This document shows positions 28,521 to 37,575 of a DNA stretch of 55,194 nucleotides, piece after piece. Positions within the stretch are counted from its first letter, which is position 1, and each line of letters opens with the position of its first letter. This stretch comes from Nitrospirota bacterium (GTDB taxonomy: Bacteria > NPL-UPA2 > JAADIA01), in assembly GCA_013151555.1 (NCBI GenBank), contig JAADIA010000018.1:1-55194 (forward strand), read 5' to 3'. The position numbers and the translations under genes are program-made. A model generated the notes under the pieces. That model was given only the letters and a program-made list of their open reading frames with translations. It was not told the DNA's origin and did no database searches.

Positions 28521-29585
28521 ATGCGCTTCTACAGCCCTTGGGCTTTTTTGTTACTCTTAATCATTCCCGTAATTCTCTTCCGTTATTTTAAAAAGGGGCG
28601 GACCGGAAGCATCCGTTTCCCTTCCCTGGAGAGCGTCAAGCAAGTTTCTCCCTCCCCCATCTTTCGTTTCCGGCACTTACCCCTCTTCTTGCGGCTTCTC
28701 ACCCTCACCCTTTTAATCATCGGCCTGGCCCGACCGCAGAAGGGAAAGGAAATAGTCCGGGAATTCAGTCAGGGTGTAGCCATTGAGATGGTCTTGGACC
28801 ACTCCGGAAGCATGGCATCAGAGATGGAATATGGAGATCAAAGACTCAACAATCTGGAGGTGGCAAAGAAGGTCTTCAAGGAATTCGTCCTGGGAAACGG
28901 AAGAACCTTAAAAGGGCGACCGAATGACCTCATCGGTATGGTGGTCTTTGCCCGCTATGCGGATACCATCTGCCCCCTCATTCTGGATCATGGAGCCCTG
29001 CTCCAGTTTCTCAAGAACATCCACATCGTCAAGATAAAAAGCGAAGACGGAACGGCTATTGGCGATGCTCTGGCCCTGGCTGCCGCTCGTCTGCAGACGG
29101 CTGAGGAAAAGTTGAAGAAGATGACGAACAACCCCAACCGCTCCCAACCCTTTCAGATAAAGAGCAAGGTCATTATCCTGCTCACTGATGGAGTTAATAA
29201 TGCCGGTAAAATGTCTCCCCTGGAAGCCGCCGAACTGGCCCGGAAATGGGGTATAAAAATTTATACCATCGGTTTCGGGGGAAGAGAAGGCGTCGCTACC
29301 ATTCGCACTCCTTTCGGAGATTACACAGTGCCTACAGGGATGACCCTTGATGAAGAAACCTTAAAGGCTATAGCAAAGAAGACGGGAGGCATCTACCGCC
29401 GGGCCACGGATGAGAAATCCCTCCGGGCCGTCTATGAGAAGATAGACCATCTGGAGAAGAGCAAGATAGAGTCCCTCCGCTATCTCGATTATCAGGAGTT
29501 ATTCCCTAAATTTATCATCGCCGGACTTTTTCTCCTTCTTTTGGAAATACTAATTTCCCACACTATCTTTCGGAGGATACCTTGA
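28521..29585 (+). CDS. batA: BatA, vWA domain membrane protein
   Basis: N-terminal BatA TM motif (MRFYSPW…LARPQ), MIDAS DHSGS, GTAIGDAL, LLTDGVNN. Confidence 0.92.
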   Translation: MRFYSPWAFLLLLIIPVILFRYFKKGRTGSIRFPSLESVKQVSPSPIFRFRHLPLFLRLLTLTLLIIGLARPQKGKEIVREFSQGVAIEMVLDHSGSMASEMEYGDQRLNNLEVAKKVFKEFVLGNGRTLKGRPNDLIGMVVFARYADTICPLILDHGALLQFLKNIHIVKIKSEDGTAIGDALALAAARLQTAEEKLKKMTNNPNRSQPFQIKSKVIILLTDGVNNAGKMSPLEAAELARKWGIKIYTIGFGGREGVATIRTPFGDYTVPTGMTLDEETLKAIAKKTGGIYRRATDEKSLRAVYEKIDHLEKSKIESLRYLDYQELFPKFIIAGLFLLLLEILISHTIFRRIP

Positions 29586-29586
29586 G

Positions 29587-30594
29587 ATGCATTTCGGCAA
29601 CCTGAGATACCTGTATCTATTATGGCTGGTGCCCCTTCTCATCATCTTCTACCTTTATGTTTTTCGGAGGAAAAGAAAAGTTCTGGAGACCTTTGCCTCC
29701 GTTCATCTCCTGCCCCAGCTCAGCGTTTCCTTCAGCCCGGCGCGCCAGAAAGTAAAGGCCGCTCTTCTTATCCTTGCCTTTATCTTTTTGGCCTTCACCC
29801 TTACCCGGCCGGGCTGGAACCCTCAGCCCCAGAAAATAGAACGGCGGGGGCGGGATATAGTATTCCTCCTCGACGTATCCCGGAGCATGCTGGCTGAAGA
29901 CTTAAAACCCAACCGTTTAGAGAGAGCCAAGATAGCCATTCGGGATGTCCTGGACGTCCTCCAGGGAGACCGGGTAGCTTTGATAGCCTTTGCCGGGACT
30001 GCCGTGGTGAAATGCCCCCTTACCCTGGACTACGGATTCTTCCGCATGGCCTTAGAAAACATATCCGTGGAAAGCACCTCCCGGGGAGGCACCCTTATCG
30101 GAGATGCCATCCGCAAGGCCATCCAGGTATTTGATGACCCGGAGAAGAAATTCAAAGATATCATCCTCATCACCGATGGTGAAGACCACGATAGTTTCCC
30201 CGTAGAAGCAGCCAAAGAGGCAGGAAAAAAAGGTATTCGCATCATCGCCGTGGGCTTAGGCGACGAGAAACAGGGTCAGAGAATTCCCATCACCGACAAA
30301 TTCGGTAATCGCACCTTCCTCAAATACCATGGTCAGGAAGTCTGGTCCAAGTTAGATGGAGATACTCTAAGGAAGATTGTAAACGTATCCAACGGCGGAA
30401 AATATTTCGGGGTAGCTACAGGAACTATTGACTTAGGCAACATCTACCGGCAATTGATTGCCAGGGCCGAGAAGAGAGAATTAGAATCCCGGACCATCAG
30501 GAGATATCAGGAAAAATTTCAGATATTTCTGGCCCTGGCCCTGGGACTTCTTTCCCTGGAAGCCCTCATGAGTGAAAGGAAAAGAGGAGTTTAA
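29587..30594 (+). CDS. batB: BatB, vWA domain membrane protein
   Basis: DVSRSMLAEDLKPNRLERAK, PLTLDY, ITDGEDH. Confidence 0.92.
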   Translation: MHFGNLRYLYLLWLVPLLIIFYLYVFRRKRKVLETFASVHLLPQLSVSFSPARQKVKAALLILAFIFLAFTLTRPGWNPQPQKIERRGRDIVFLLDVSRSMLAEDLKPNRLERAKIAIRDVLDVLQGDRVALIAFAGTAVVKCPLTLDYGFFRMALENISVESTSRGGTLIGDAIRKAIQVFDDPEKKFKDIILITDGEDHDSFPVEAAKEAGKKGIRIIAVGLGDEKQGQRIPITDKFGNRTFLKYHGQEVWSKLDGDTLRKIVNVSNGGKYFGVATGTIDLGNIYRQLIARAEKRELESRTIRRYQEKFQIFLALALGLLSLEALMSERKRGV

Positions 30595-30599
30595 GAACG

Positions 30600-31793
30600 A
30601 TGAAAAAAAATTCCCGAATTCTCTCATTTGTCTTCCTCATCTTTCTGACCGGAGCCGGAATACCTCTTTTTGCCGCCTCCCCTTCCCGGCTGGTAGAAGA
30701 AGGGAACCGGTTATACCGGGAAGGTAAATACAATGAGGCCATCCGGAAATATGAGAAAGCATCCGTGGCCCGACCAGAATCTCCCCGGATTTACTTCAAT
30801 AAAGGGAATGCTTATCTCGCCGAGGGGAACCTGGATAAAGCCCGGAAACTTCTCCGTCAGGCAGCCCAGAAGGCTACTAACGTGAAGCTGGAAGCCCGGG
30901 CCAAGTATAACCTGGGAAACCTGGCCTTTCAGGAAGCAAAGAAATATCAAGACAAGGACCCTCAGAAAGCTCTCTCCAAACTGGAAGAAAGCACCCGACT
31001 TTACCGGGAAACTCTGGACCTCGACTCCAGCGATGAGGATGCCAAATATAACCTTGAGGTAGCCCGGATTCTCATGAAAGATATTCTCGACAAACTCAAG
31101 AAACAGCAGGAAAAACAGAAAGCCCGGCAGAAAAAAGCAAATAATTTAGCAAAAAAATTAAAAGAACTCATCGCTGCTCAAGGAGAAGAGCTGAAAAAGA
31201 CAAAAGAGTTAGAAACCCGAAAAGCCGCGGGGAACAAGTCCCCGGATAAGGTGACAGAAAGCACAGATAAGGAACTGAAATCCCTGACCGAACGCCAAGG
31301 CAAGACCCGGGAAAAAACAGGAAAGCTGACCAAGGAACTGCGGGACCTTTCCCGCCGCCAGACCCCATCCAAATCGAACCGTCCCTTTGCCAAGATAGCC
31401 GGGCATACGGACAAGGCCAATCTGGCCCAGGCCCTGGCCGAGAACGAACTGAGAAAAGGAAAACTTCCCGGAGCCCGGGCTAACCAGGAGGAAGCTCTTC
31501 AGGAACTGAACAAGGCTCTCGACCTGCTCAAGAAGCCGGCTTCTCCTCCCCCTTCCCCGGGAGGGAACAAACGGAAAAAAGAAGAGGAGAAAAAAGGAAA
31601 ACAGAAAAAAGGGAAACAGAAAGGAAGTCAGCAGACGGGAAAGAGTAAAGAGAAAAAAGAAGGACTCCGGAAGAAACAGGTTCAGATAAGTAACACCCTG
31701 GCCCGGGACATTCTCGAGCAAGAGAAAAAGAATAGAGAGTTGCGCAACCTTCCCCAGGCCAACAGTTATCAACCGGTAGATAAGGATTGGTGA
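30600..31793 (+). CDS. batC: BatC-like TPR protein with coiled-coil/low-complexity tail
   Basis: Signal peptide, TPRs (YFNKGNA, YNLGN, DAKYNLE), terminal VDKDW motif. Confidence 0.85.
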   Translation: MKKNSRILSFVFLIFLTGAGIPLFAASPSRLVEEGNRLYREGKYNEAIRKYEKASVARPESPRIYFNKGNAYLAEGNLDKARKLLRQAAQKATNVKLEARAKYNLGNLAFQEAKKYQDKDPQKALSKLEESTRLYRETLDLDSSDEDAKYNLEVARILMKDILDKLKKQQEKQKARQKKANNLAKKLKELIAAQGEELKKTKELETRKAAGNKSPDKVTESTDKELKSLTERQGKTREKTGKLTKELRDLSRRQTPSKSNRPFAKIAGHTDKANLAQALAENELRKGKLPGARANQEEALQELNKALDLLKKPASPPPSPGGNKRKKEEEKKGKQKKGKQKGSQQTGKSKEKKEGLRKKQVQISNTLARDILEQEKKNRELRNLPQANSYQPVDKDW

Positions 31794-33745
31794 TGATAAA
31801 AGACAGAGAACAGAAGACAGAAGACAGAGGACAGAGGACAAAGAATGGAGAAAAACTGACTCCTGACTTCTATTTTCCATCTTCGGGAACATGGCGTTGG
31901 GGGGGGCTTCTCTTATTAATCTTCCTCCTCTACCTGCCCGGGTCCGCTTTCGGAGAAGATATCCGTGTAAGAGCAGCGGTGGGAAACCAGGAAGTCTATG
32001 TGGGCGAACCCTTTCTCTTCCAGATACAGATAGAGGGAAACGATCAACCCGGGAAACCCGACCTATCTGCCCTTTCCGGAAACTTCTTCATCGAGGAACA
32101 AGGCGGCCAGCAGAATAGCAGTACCTCCATAACCATCATCAACGGCCGAATGCAGCGGGTGGTCAAAAAAGGATACGTCTTCTCTTACCGTCTCACTCCC
32201 CGTCGAGCAGGAACCCTGAAGATACCTCCCCTGCCGGTAAAGGTTGGGAGAACGGTTTTCAACACTCAACCCCTATCCATCAATGCCCTGCCGCCCGAGA
32301 AGAACGAAGATTTTAAACTGCGGATGAGCTTATCTAAAGAAACAGTCTATGTGGGCGAGCCCCTCACCCTGAAAATCACCTGGTACATCGGCAAGAATGT
32401 GGAAAAATTTCAGTTTAATGTTCCCTTTCTCCAGGACAACCCCGACTTTGAATTCGCTAACCCTCAGGTAAAACTTGACCAGAACAAGAAATATTTCAAA
32501 ATCCCGGTGGACGGGAAGGAAATAATCGCCCAGCAGGGACAAGGAATTCTGGAAGGACGTTCCTTTACTACCCTCTCCTTCGCCAAAATAGTTATTCCCA
32601 AGCGAAGCGGCACCTTCAAATTGTCCCAGGCTCAAGTTTTCTGTCAGGTTCCGGAAGGATACCGGAACCACCGACAAGGCTTCTTCAATTTTGATGAAGA
32701 CTTATTCAACTTCGGACCGGAAAAAGTTTACAAGAAATATGTCATCCCCTCCAATACTCTGAGCCTGACCGTCCTCGATCTCCCGGCTGAGGGGAGACCC
32801 CCTAACTTCACGGGACTGGTAGGCAAATATCATATCAGCACTTCGGCTGTCCCCACCGAGGTAAAGGTAGGAGATCCCATTACCTTGACTATGAAGATTT
32901 CCGGACCTTCCTATCTCCAGGGGATTCCCTCTCCGGACCTCAACCGGCAGGAGGAACTCCAGAGCCGGTTTAAGATTCCTAAGGAGATATCCTCCGGGAA
33001 GGTTGAAGGCAAAGTCAAGGTCTTCACCCAAACCATCCGCGCCAGGAACGAGAAAGTAACCGAGATTCCCCCGGTGGAGATTAGCTACTTCAACCCGGAG
33101 ACCGGTCGCTACGAGATAGCCCGGAGCCAGCCTATACCCCTCGTCGTTCATCGGACGAAAGTGGTCACCATAGCCAATGCCGAAGGAATAGGAGAAATAC
33201 CGGAAAAGAGCAACCCGGAAAATCTTCCCGGAGGCATTGCCTATAACTATGAAGGGCCGGACGTCCTGAAAGACCAAGGATTTAACCCCTCCACCCTATT
33301 CCACAGCTGGTCCTGGTTAGGAGCTCTCTTCGGTCCCATGGTTTTCTACCTTATCTGCCTCTTTACCATCAGGAGGCGGGATAGGGCCAAAGCTGATATC
33401 TCCGGTCGGAGAAGAAAAACCGCCTACAGGAAAATCAACCGGGGATTTAAGAAGGTAAAAAACCGGATTAATGACGAACCCGGATACTACGAAGAACTCA
33501 TAAAAGAAGTGAGAAACTACCTGGCCGATAAATTCAATATCCCGGCCGCCGGTCTCACCTTCAGCGAAGTGGAACGCCTCCTGGCCAATAACGGCGTGGA
33601 CGGGGAAACCGTTCGCCGGTTAAAACACATATTCGATACCTGTGATGCCGGCCGCTTCGGCATCTCCGGGAGCTCACGAGAAGATAGAGAAGAACTTCTA
33701 AGCACTGCCCGGGAGGTTACGAAACATCTGGAGAAATGGTTATGA
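31793..33745 (+). CDS. batD: BatD family protein
   Basis: Repeated VYVGEP Ig-like domains, SSTSITIING, FTGLVG, YFNP, C-terminal TM; ATG 31793 overlaps the batC stop (TGATG). Confidence 0.9.
   Translation: MIKDREQKTEDRGQRTKNGEKLTPDFYFPSSGTWRWGGLLLLIFLLYLPGSAFGEDIRVRAAVGNQEVYVGEPFLFQIQIEGNDQPGKPDLSALSGNFFIEEQGGQQNSSTSITIINGRMQRVVKKGYVFSYRLTPRRAGTLKIPPLPVKVGRTVFNTQPLSINALPPEKNEDFKLRMSLSKETVYVGEPLTLKITWYIGKNVEKFQFNVPFLQDNPDFEFANPQVKLDQNKKYFKIPVDGKEIIAQQGQGILEGRSFTTLSFAKIVIPKRSGTFKLSQAQVFCQVPEGYRNHRQGFFNFDEDLFNFGPEKVYKKYVIPSNTLSLTVLDLPAEGRPPNFTGLVGKYHISTSAVPTEVKVGDPITLTMKISGPSYLQGIPSPDLNRQEELQSRFKIPKEISSGKVEGKVKVFTQTIRARNEKVTEIPPVEISYFNPETGRYEIARSQPIPLVVHRTKVVTIANAEGIGEIPEKSNPENLPGGIAYNYEGPDVLKDQGFNPSTLFHSWSWLGALFGPMVFYLICLFTIRRRDRAKADISGRRRKTAYRKINRGFKKVKNRINDEPGYYEELIKEVRNYLADKFNIPAAGLTFSEVERLLANNGVDGETVRRLKHIFDTCDAGRFGISGSSREDREELLSTAREVTKHLEKWL
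31801..31874. repeat. 7-nt periodic inverted-arm element read in frame in the batD 5' end
   Basis: AGACAGA GAACAGA AGACAGA AGACAGA GGACAGA GGACAAA ... CTGACTC CTGACTT CTATTTT. Confidence 0.88.
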
Positions 33746-34581
33746 TTAACAATAGACGGGTAGGGACAATCCTTCTAATCTTCTTATCCGCTATTACTCT
33801 CTTCCCTCAAGCTATCAGAGCGGAAAAGTCCTCCCTGACCCGGGGACAGATATATACCCTATTCAGCCAGGGGAATAAATTCTTCCGTCAGGCAAACGAG
33901 CTGGCGGCAACCAGCCCTCAGGAAGCGAAAACCCTCTATATGCAAGCTATCCTCCGCTTTGAAAAAATTGTTAACGAGGGAAATATCAGGAACGGCCGGC
34001 TTTTTTACAACATAGGGAACGCTTATTTCCGCCGGGGCGAACTGGGCAAGGCTATCCTTTACTACAAAAGAGCCGAGAAACTCATCCCTGCCGATTCCAA
34101 CCTGCGTCAGAATCTAAAGTACGCTCGCGCCCGCCGCCGGGACAAAATTGAAGAAAAGACAGAGAGAAGATTCCTGGAGACGCTTTTCTTTTGGCATTAC
34201 GATCTAAGCCTGAAAACAAAATTTCTGTTTTTTGTCATCTTCTTTGATACCTTCTGGATTCTGGCCATAATCACCTTGTTCATCAAGAGAAACTTACCCC
34301 TGAAGGCAGGAATATACGGAACCGGCCTTCTCGCTGCGGCCCTGCTGTTTTCCCTCTGCCTTGATTTCTCTTTCCAACAAAGGCTGAAAGAAGGGGTAAT
34401 TATTTCAGCAGAGGTAGTAGCCCGGAAAGGCGATGGAGAAAGTTACCAACCCAGTTTCAAAGAACCCCTTCACGAGGGTACAGAGTTTATCCTGCTTGAA
34501 AAACGCAGCGGCTGGCAGCATATCCGGCTACCCGACGGACGGCAGTGTTGGATACCGGAAAGAGATGCCGAATCCATCTAA
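33742..34581 (+). CDS. batE: BatE-like TPR + SH3 protein
   Basis: YNIGNAYFRRGELGKAILYYKRA TPR, TM pair, LHEGTEF…GWQHI SH3b-like tail; ATGA overlap with batD. Confidence 0.88.
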   Translation: MINNRRVGTILLIFLSAITLFPQAIRAEKSSLTRGQIYTLFSQGNKFFRQANELAATSPQEAKTLYMQAILRFEKIVNEGNIRNGRLFYNIGNAYFRRGELGKAILYYKRAEKLIPADSNLRQNLKYARARRRDKIEEKTERRFLETLFFWHYDLSLKTKFLFFVIFFDTFWILAIITLFIKRNLPLKAGIYGTGLLAAALLFSLCLDFSFQQRLKEGVIISAEVVARKGDGESYQPSFKEPLHEGTEFILLEKRSGWQHIRLPDGRQCWIPERDAESI

Positions 34582-34612
34582 GACAGGAGATAGACCTAAA
34601 CGATAACAGGAG

Positions 34613-35860
34613 ATGGGAATGAATGTTTACCTGATAATTATTCTGGCCATTTTAATCGGAAATTATGTTTTAAACCTTATTGTTGAGAGCTTGAACCTCC
34701 GGCATCTCCGGACTGATTTACCCGGAGAATTTAAAGGATACTACGATGCGGAAAAATACAAACAAGCACAAAATTACCTGAAAGAAAATACCGGTTTTGA
34801 AACAGTCACTGAGACGTTTTTTCTTATAATTACCCTGGCCTTTATTCTGACTGGTGGTTTCAACATCGTTGACCGATGGGCAAGAAGCTTCCATGTAGGT
34901 CCTATCTCAACAGGCCTGATCTTTGCCGGAATTCTCCTCTTCGCTTTTCAATTCCTTCACCTTCCCTTTTCCGCCTATCACACATTTGTCATCGAAGAAA
35001 AATACGGTTTTAACAGAACCTCTCTCAAAACCTTTATCCTGGATATATTAAAATCCTGGCTCCTGACAGCCATCATCGGAGGGATTGTTTTCTCCGGCAT
35101 CCTCTGGTTTTTCGGTAAAGCCGGTAATTTAGCCTGGCTCTACGGCTGGATAGCCCTGACTATATTCCAAATATTCCTGATGTTTATAGCCCCCGTGGTA
35201 ATCATGCCGCTGTTTAACAAGTTTATTCCTCTTGAAGAGGGAGAACTCAAAAAGGCTATTGAGGACTATGCTAAATCTCAAGGCTTTAAAATAAAAGGCG
35301 TTTTCAAAATGGACGGCTCAAAACGCTCTACCAAATCCAATGCCTTCTTCACCGGTTTCGGCAAATTCAGGCGAATCGTATTATTTGACACGCTTATTGA
35401 GAAGCATACCGTTGAGGAACTCGTTTCCGTCCTGGCCCACGAAATGGGACATTACAAAAAAAAGCATATCCTCAAATCCATCATCATTTCCATCATCACC
35501 ACAGGATTAATGTTCTTTATTCTTTCCTTATTCATAAATAACCCGGGGTTGTTTTCAGCTTTTAAAATGGAAAAGACTTCAATTTATGCCAGCTTATTCT
35601 TTTTCGGTTTTCTCTATGTACCCATAAACCTGCTATTCTCCATCCTGGTCCATATTCTTTCCAGAAAGCATGAATACGAAGCAGATGTTTACGCAGTTTC
35701 CACATATAAACAACCGGAAGCCATGATTACCGCCTTAAAAAAACTGAGTGTGAGCAACCTATCGAATTTAACTCCTCATCCCTTAAAAGTGTTTTTACAA
35801 TACAGCCATCCCCCCATCCTGGAAAGAATCAAAGCCCTCAGAGAAGAAAGGGTTACCTAA
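34613..35860 (+). CDS. M48A (Ste24/CAAX prenyl protease 1-like) membrane zinc peptidase
   Basis: IEEKYGFNR, DGSKRS…NAFFTG, RIVLFDTL, HEMGH, EYEAD, YSHPP. Confidence 0.96.
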   Translation: MGMNVYLIIILAILIGNYVLNLIVESLNLRHLRTDLPGEFKGYYDAEKYKQAQNYLKENTGFETVTETFFLIITLAFILTGGFNIVDRWARSFHVGPISTGLIFAGILLFAFQFLHLPFSAYHTFVIEEKYGFNRTSLKTFILDILKSWLLTAIIGGIVFSGILWFFGKAGNLAWLYGWIALTIFQIFLMFIAPVVIMPLFNKFIPLEEGELKKAIEDYAKSQGFKIKGVFKMDGSKRSTKSNAFFTGFGKFRRIVLFDTLIEKHTVEELVSVLAHEMGHYKKKHILKSIIISIITTGLMFFILSLFINNPGLFSAFKMEKTSIYASLFFFGFLYVPINLLFSILVHILSRKHEYEADVYAVSTYKQPEAMITALKKLSVSNLSNLTPHPLKVFLQYSHPPILERIKALREERVT

Positions 35861-35889
35861 ACAGGTGCCCCCTTGACCACAATTTTTTA

Positions 35890-35918
35890 TTGTCAAGATG
35901 AGATAAAAGGAGTATAAT
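35890..35918 (+). promoter_or_regulatory. sigma70-type promoter for the exeA-like gene
   Basis: TTGTCA-N17-TATAAT. Confidence 0.65.
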
Positions 35919-35945
35919 TTTTGTTTGGAAGGGAAAAATAATATA

Positions 35946-36749
35946 ATGTATGAGCAATATTGGGGGCTAAAAGAGAAACCTTTTGAGAATACTCCAGACC
36001 CTCGTTTCCTCTATCGTTCTCCTCAACATGAGGAAGCCCTGATGAGGTTGCTTTATGCTATAGAAGAAAAAAAGGGGGCAGCTATTCTCAGTGGAGAATA
36101 TGGGAGCGGTAAGACTGTTTTAAGCCGGGTCCTCCTGGACAGTATCGACCCTAACAAATTTCAGGTAGCTATCCTCACTAATTCCAAACTTCCTTCCCTG
36201 GAATTTCTCAGGGAGATTGCCCGCCAATTAGGTGACACCACTCTTCCGGAAAAAAAAGTTGACCTCCTCAACAATCTCAACGATATCTTAAGCAGAAACG
36301 CCAGTATTAACAGACATACAGTAGTAGTTATAGATGAAGCTCAATTGATTGAAGAGAGGGAAGTTTTTGAAGAGTTGAGATTGCTCCTCAATTTTCAATT
36401 CAATAATCAGTTCCTTCTCACCCTCCTTCTCTTAGGACAGCCGGAACTAAGGGAAAAAGTTAATCGTATTCCCCAGCTGAGACAACGGATAGGAATCAGA
36501 CACCACCTGGTATTTCTCAACGAAGTAGAGACAGGCAACTATATAAATCATCGCCTGAAGACAGCCGGAAAAAAAGAAGAAGTCTTTACCAAGGATGCCC
36601 TAAAAGTGATTTATGATTACTCGAAGGGTTGTCCAAGGATGATAAACAACATTTGTGACTTGAGCCTTCTTGCCGGATTCGGCCGGAAGATAGTAAAGAT
36701 AGAAGAAGATATAATTCAAGAAGTAGCCAAAGACTTAAAGGAATGGTAA
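35946..36749 (+). CDS. ExeA/GspA/MshM-family AAA ATPase (ATPase domain only)
   Basis: MYEQYWGLKEKPFENTPDPRF, GEYGSGKT, VIDEAQ, LLGQPEL, GCPRMINNICD. Start moved to ATG 35946. Confidence 0.93.
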   Translation: MYEQYWGLKEKPFENTPDPRFLYRSPQHEEALMRLLYAIEEKKGAAILSGEYGSGKTVLSRVLLDSIDPNKFQVAILTNSKLPSLEFLREIARQLGDTTLPEKKVDLLNNLNDILSRNASINRHTVVVIDEAQLIEEREVFEELRLLLNFQFNNQFLLTLLLLGQPELREKVNRIPQLRQRIGIRHHLVFLNEVETGNYINHRLKTAGKKEEVFTKDALKVIYDYSKGCPRMINNICDLSLLAGFGRKIVKIEEDIIQEVAKDLKEW

Positions 36750-36750
36750 A

Positions 36751-37233
36751 ATGCTAAAATTATCTCAGGTAATTAAAAAAGGTCTGCAGGAAAAGCAAGC
36801 TCAGAACAAGGGAAACCCGGAGAAGATCCCAGCTCCGGAAACAGCCTCCCCTCCGACAAAAAAGATTGAACCTCACGCGCAGAATTCTCTTCCGGAAGTA
36901 CCCGTTCATACCTCTCCGCAAGTGAAAACAACAGATGAAGAAACCTCCCCTATTTCCCTGATAAATAAAGAGATAGAATCTTTAGAATTGACAACGGATG
37001 AGGAAGAAAAACTCTATAAGGTTGGAGACTTAGCCACTCTTAGTTTCAAGGACCTGGAAGGATACAACCCGGTAATGGCCACTGCAAAAGTTAAGGAAGC
37101 GGTGAAGGAATCTCTTCTTAAAAGATATGATGTAAAGCCGGAGGAACTGGAAAAGGAGCTGGAAGGCTTTAAGAAAAAGTTTCGTGCCTTCGGCACTCAC
37201 TGCTATATCCGCGCGCTCAAAGAGAAGATCTGA
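36751..37233 (+). CDS. Hypothetical protein
   Basis: 160-aa ORF starting 1 nt after the exeA-like stop; Pro/Glu-rich linker in the N-half; no recognised domain. Confidence 0.6.
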   Translation: MLKLSQVIKKGLQEKQAQNKGNPEKIPAPETASPPTKKIEPHAQNSLPEVPVHTSPQVKTTDEETSPISLINKEIESLELTTDEEEKLYKVGDLATLSFKDLEGYNPVMATAKVKEAVKESLLKRYDVKPEELEKELEGFKKKFRAFGTHCYIRALKEKI

Positions 37234-37267
37234 TTTACCGGAGGTAACAAGCATAGTGAGGATTAAT

Positions 37268-37468
37268 TTATTTCAATCTTTCCTGCCTCTTCCTGATATC
37301 TTCCCGCCTTTCCATAGTCGCTTTCTTATCCAGAGTGATAATAATCTCAAGGACACTTCCCTCCTCACTGCCTGGCGGAAACCTGTCAGCAGGTAAGAGC
37401 ATCTCCCCTCCTTCTTCCAGCTGGACCACCCCTACCCCTTCTTCTATCCGGTCAATAATTCCTTTCAT
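37268..37468 (-). CDS. DUF3006 family protein
   Basis: MKGIIDRIEEGVGVV…LPADRFPPGSEEGSVL…D…T..RRE pattern; start moved to 37468. Confidence 0.8.
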   Translation of the reverse strand: MKGIIDRIEEGVGVVQLEEGGEMLLPADRFPPGSEEGSVLEIIITLDKKATMERREDIRKRQERLK

Positions 37469-37534
37469 AGTCTTTATCCTTCTAACTCGCAGCTTGATTA
37501 TAAGGACACAAAGCAAGAAAGGTACCTGGGATAT

Positions 37535-37575
37535 GTAAGATTATTAAGAAAAACTTAATCCTTACAACTTACCAC
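37535..37575. repeat. 7-nt periodic element (TAAG/CTTA type), relative of 16504..16571
   Basis: CTTAATCCTTACAACTTA (37554-37571) is the exact reverse complement of 16504-16521. Confidence 0.8.

Noticed and set aside
31209-31892. 227-aa minus-strand ORF with LSSVLC repeats
   Set aside because: Translation of the heptad repeat plus the antisense of batC's Lys-rich tail.
18436-35860. Integrative island at tRNA-Lys
   Set aside because: The region lies on the tRNA 5' side; no integrase and no duplicated tRNA 3' end were found.
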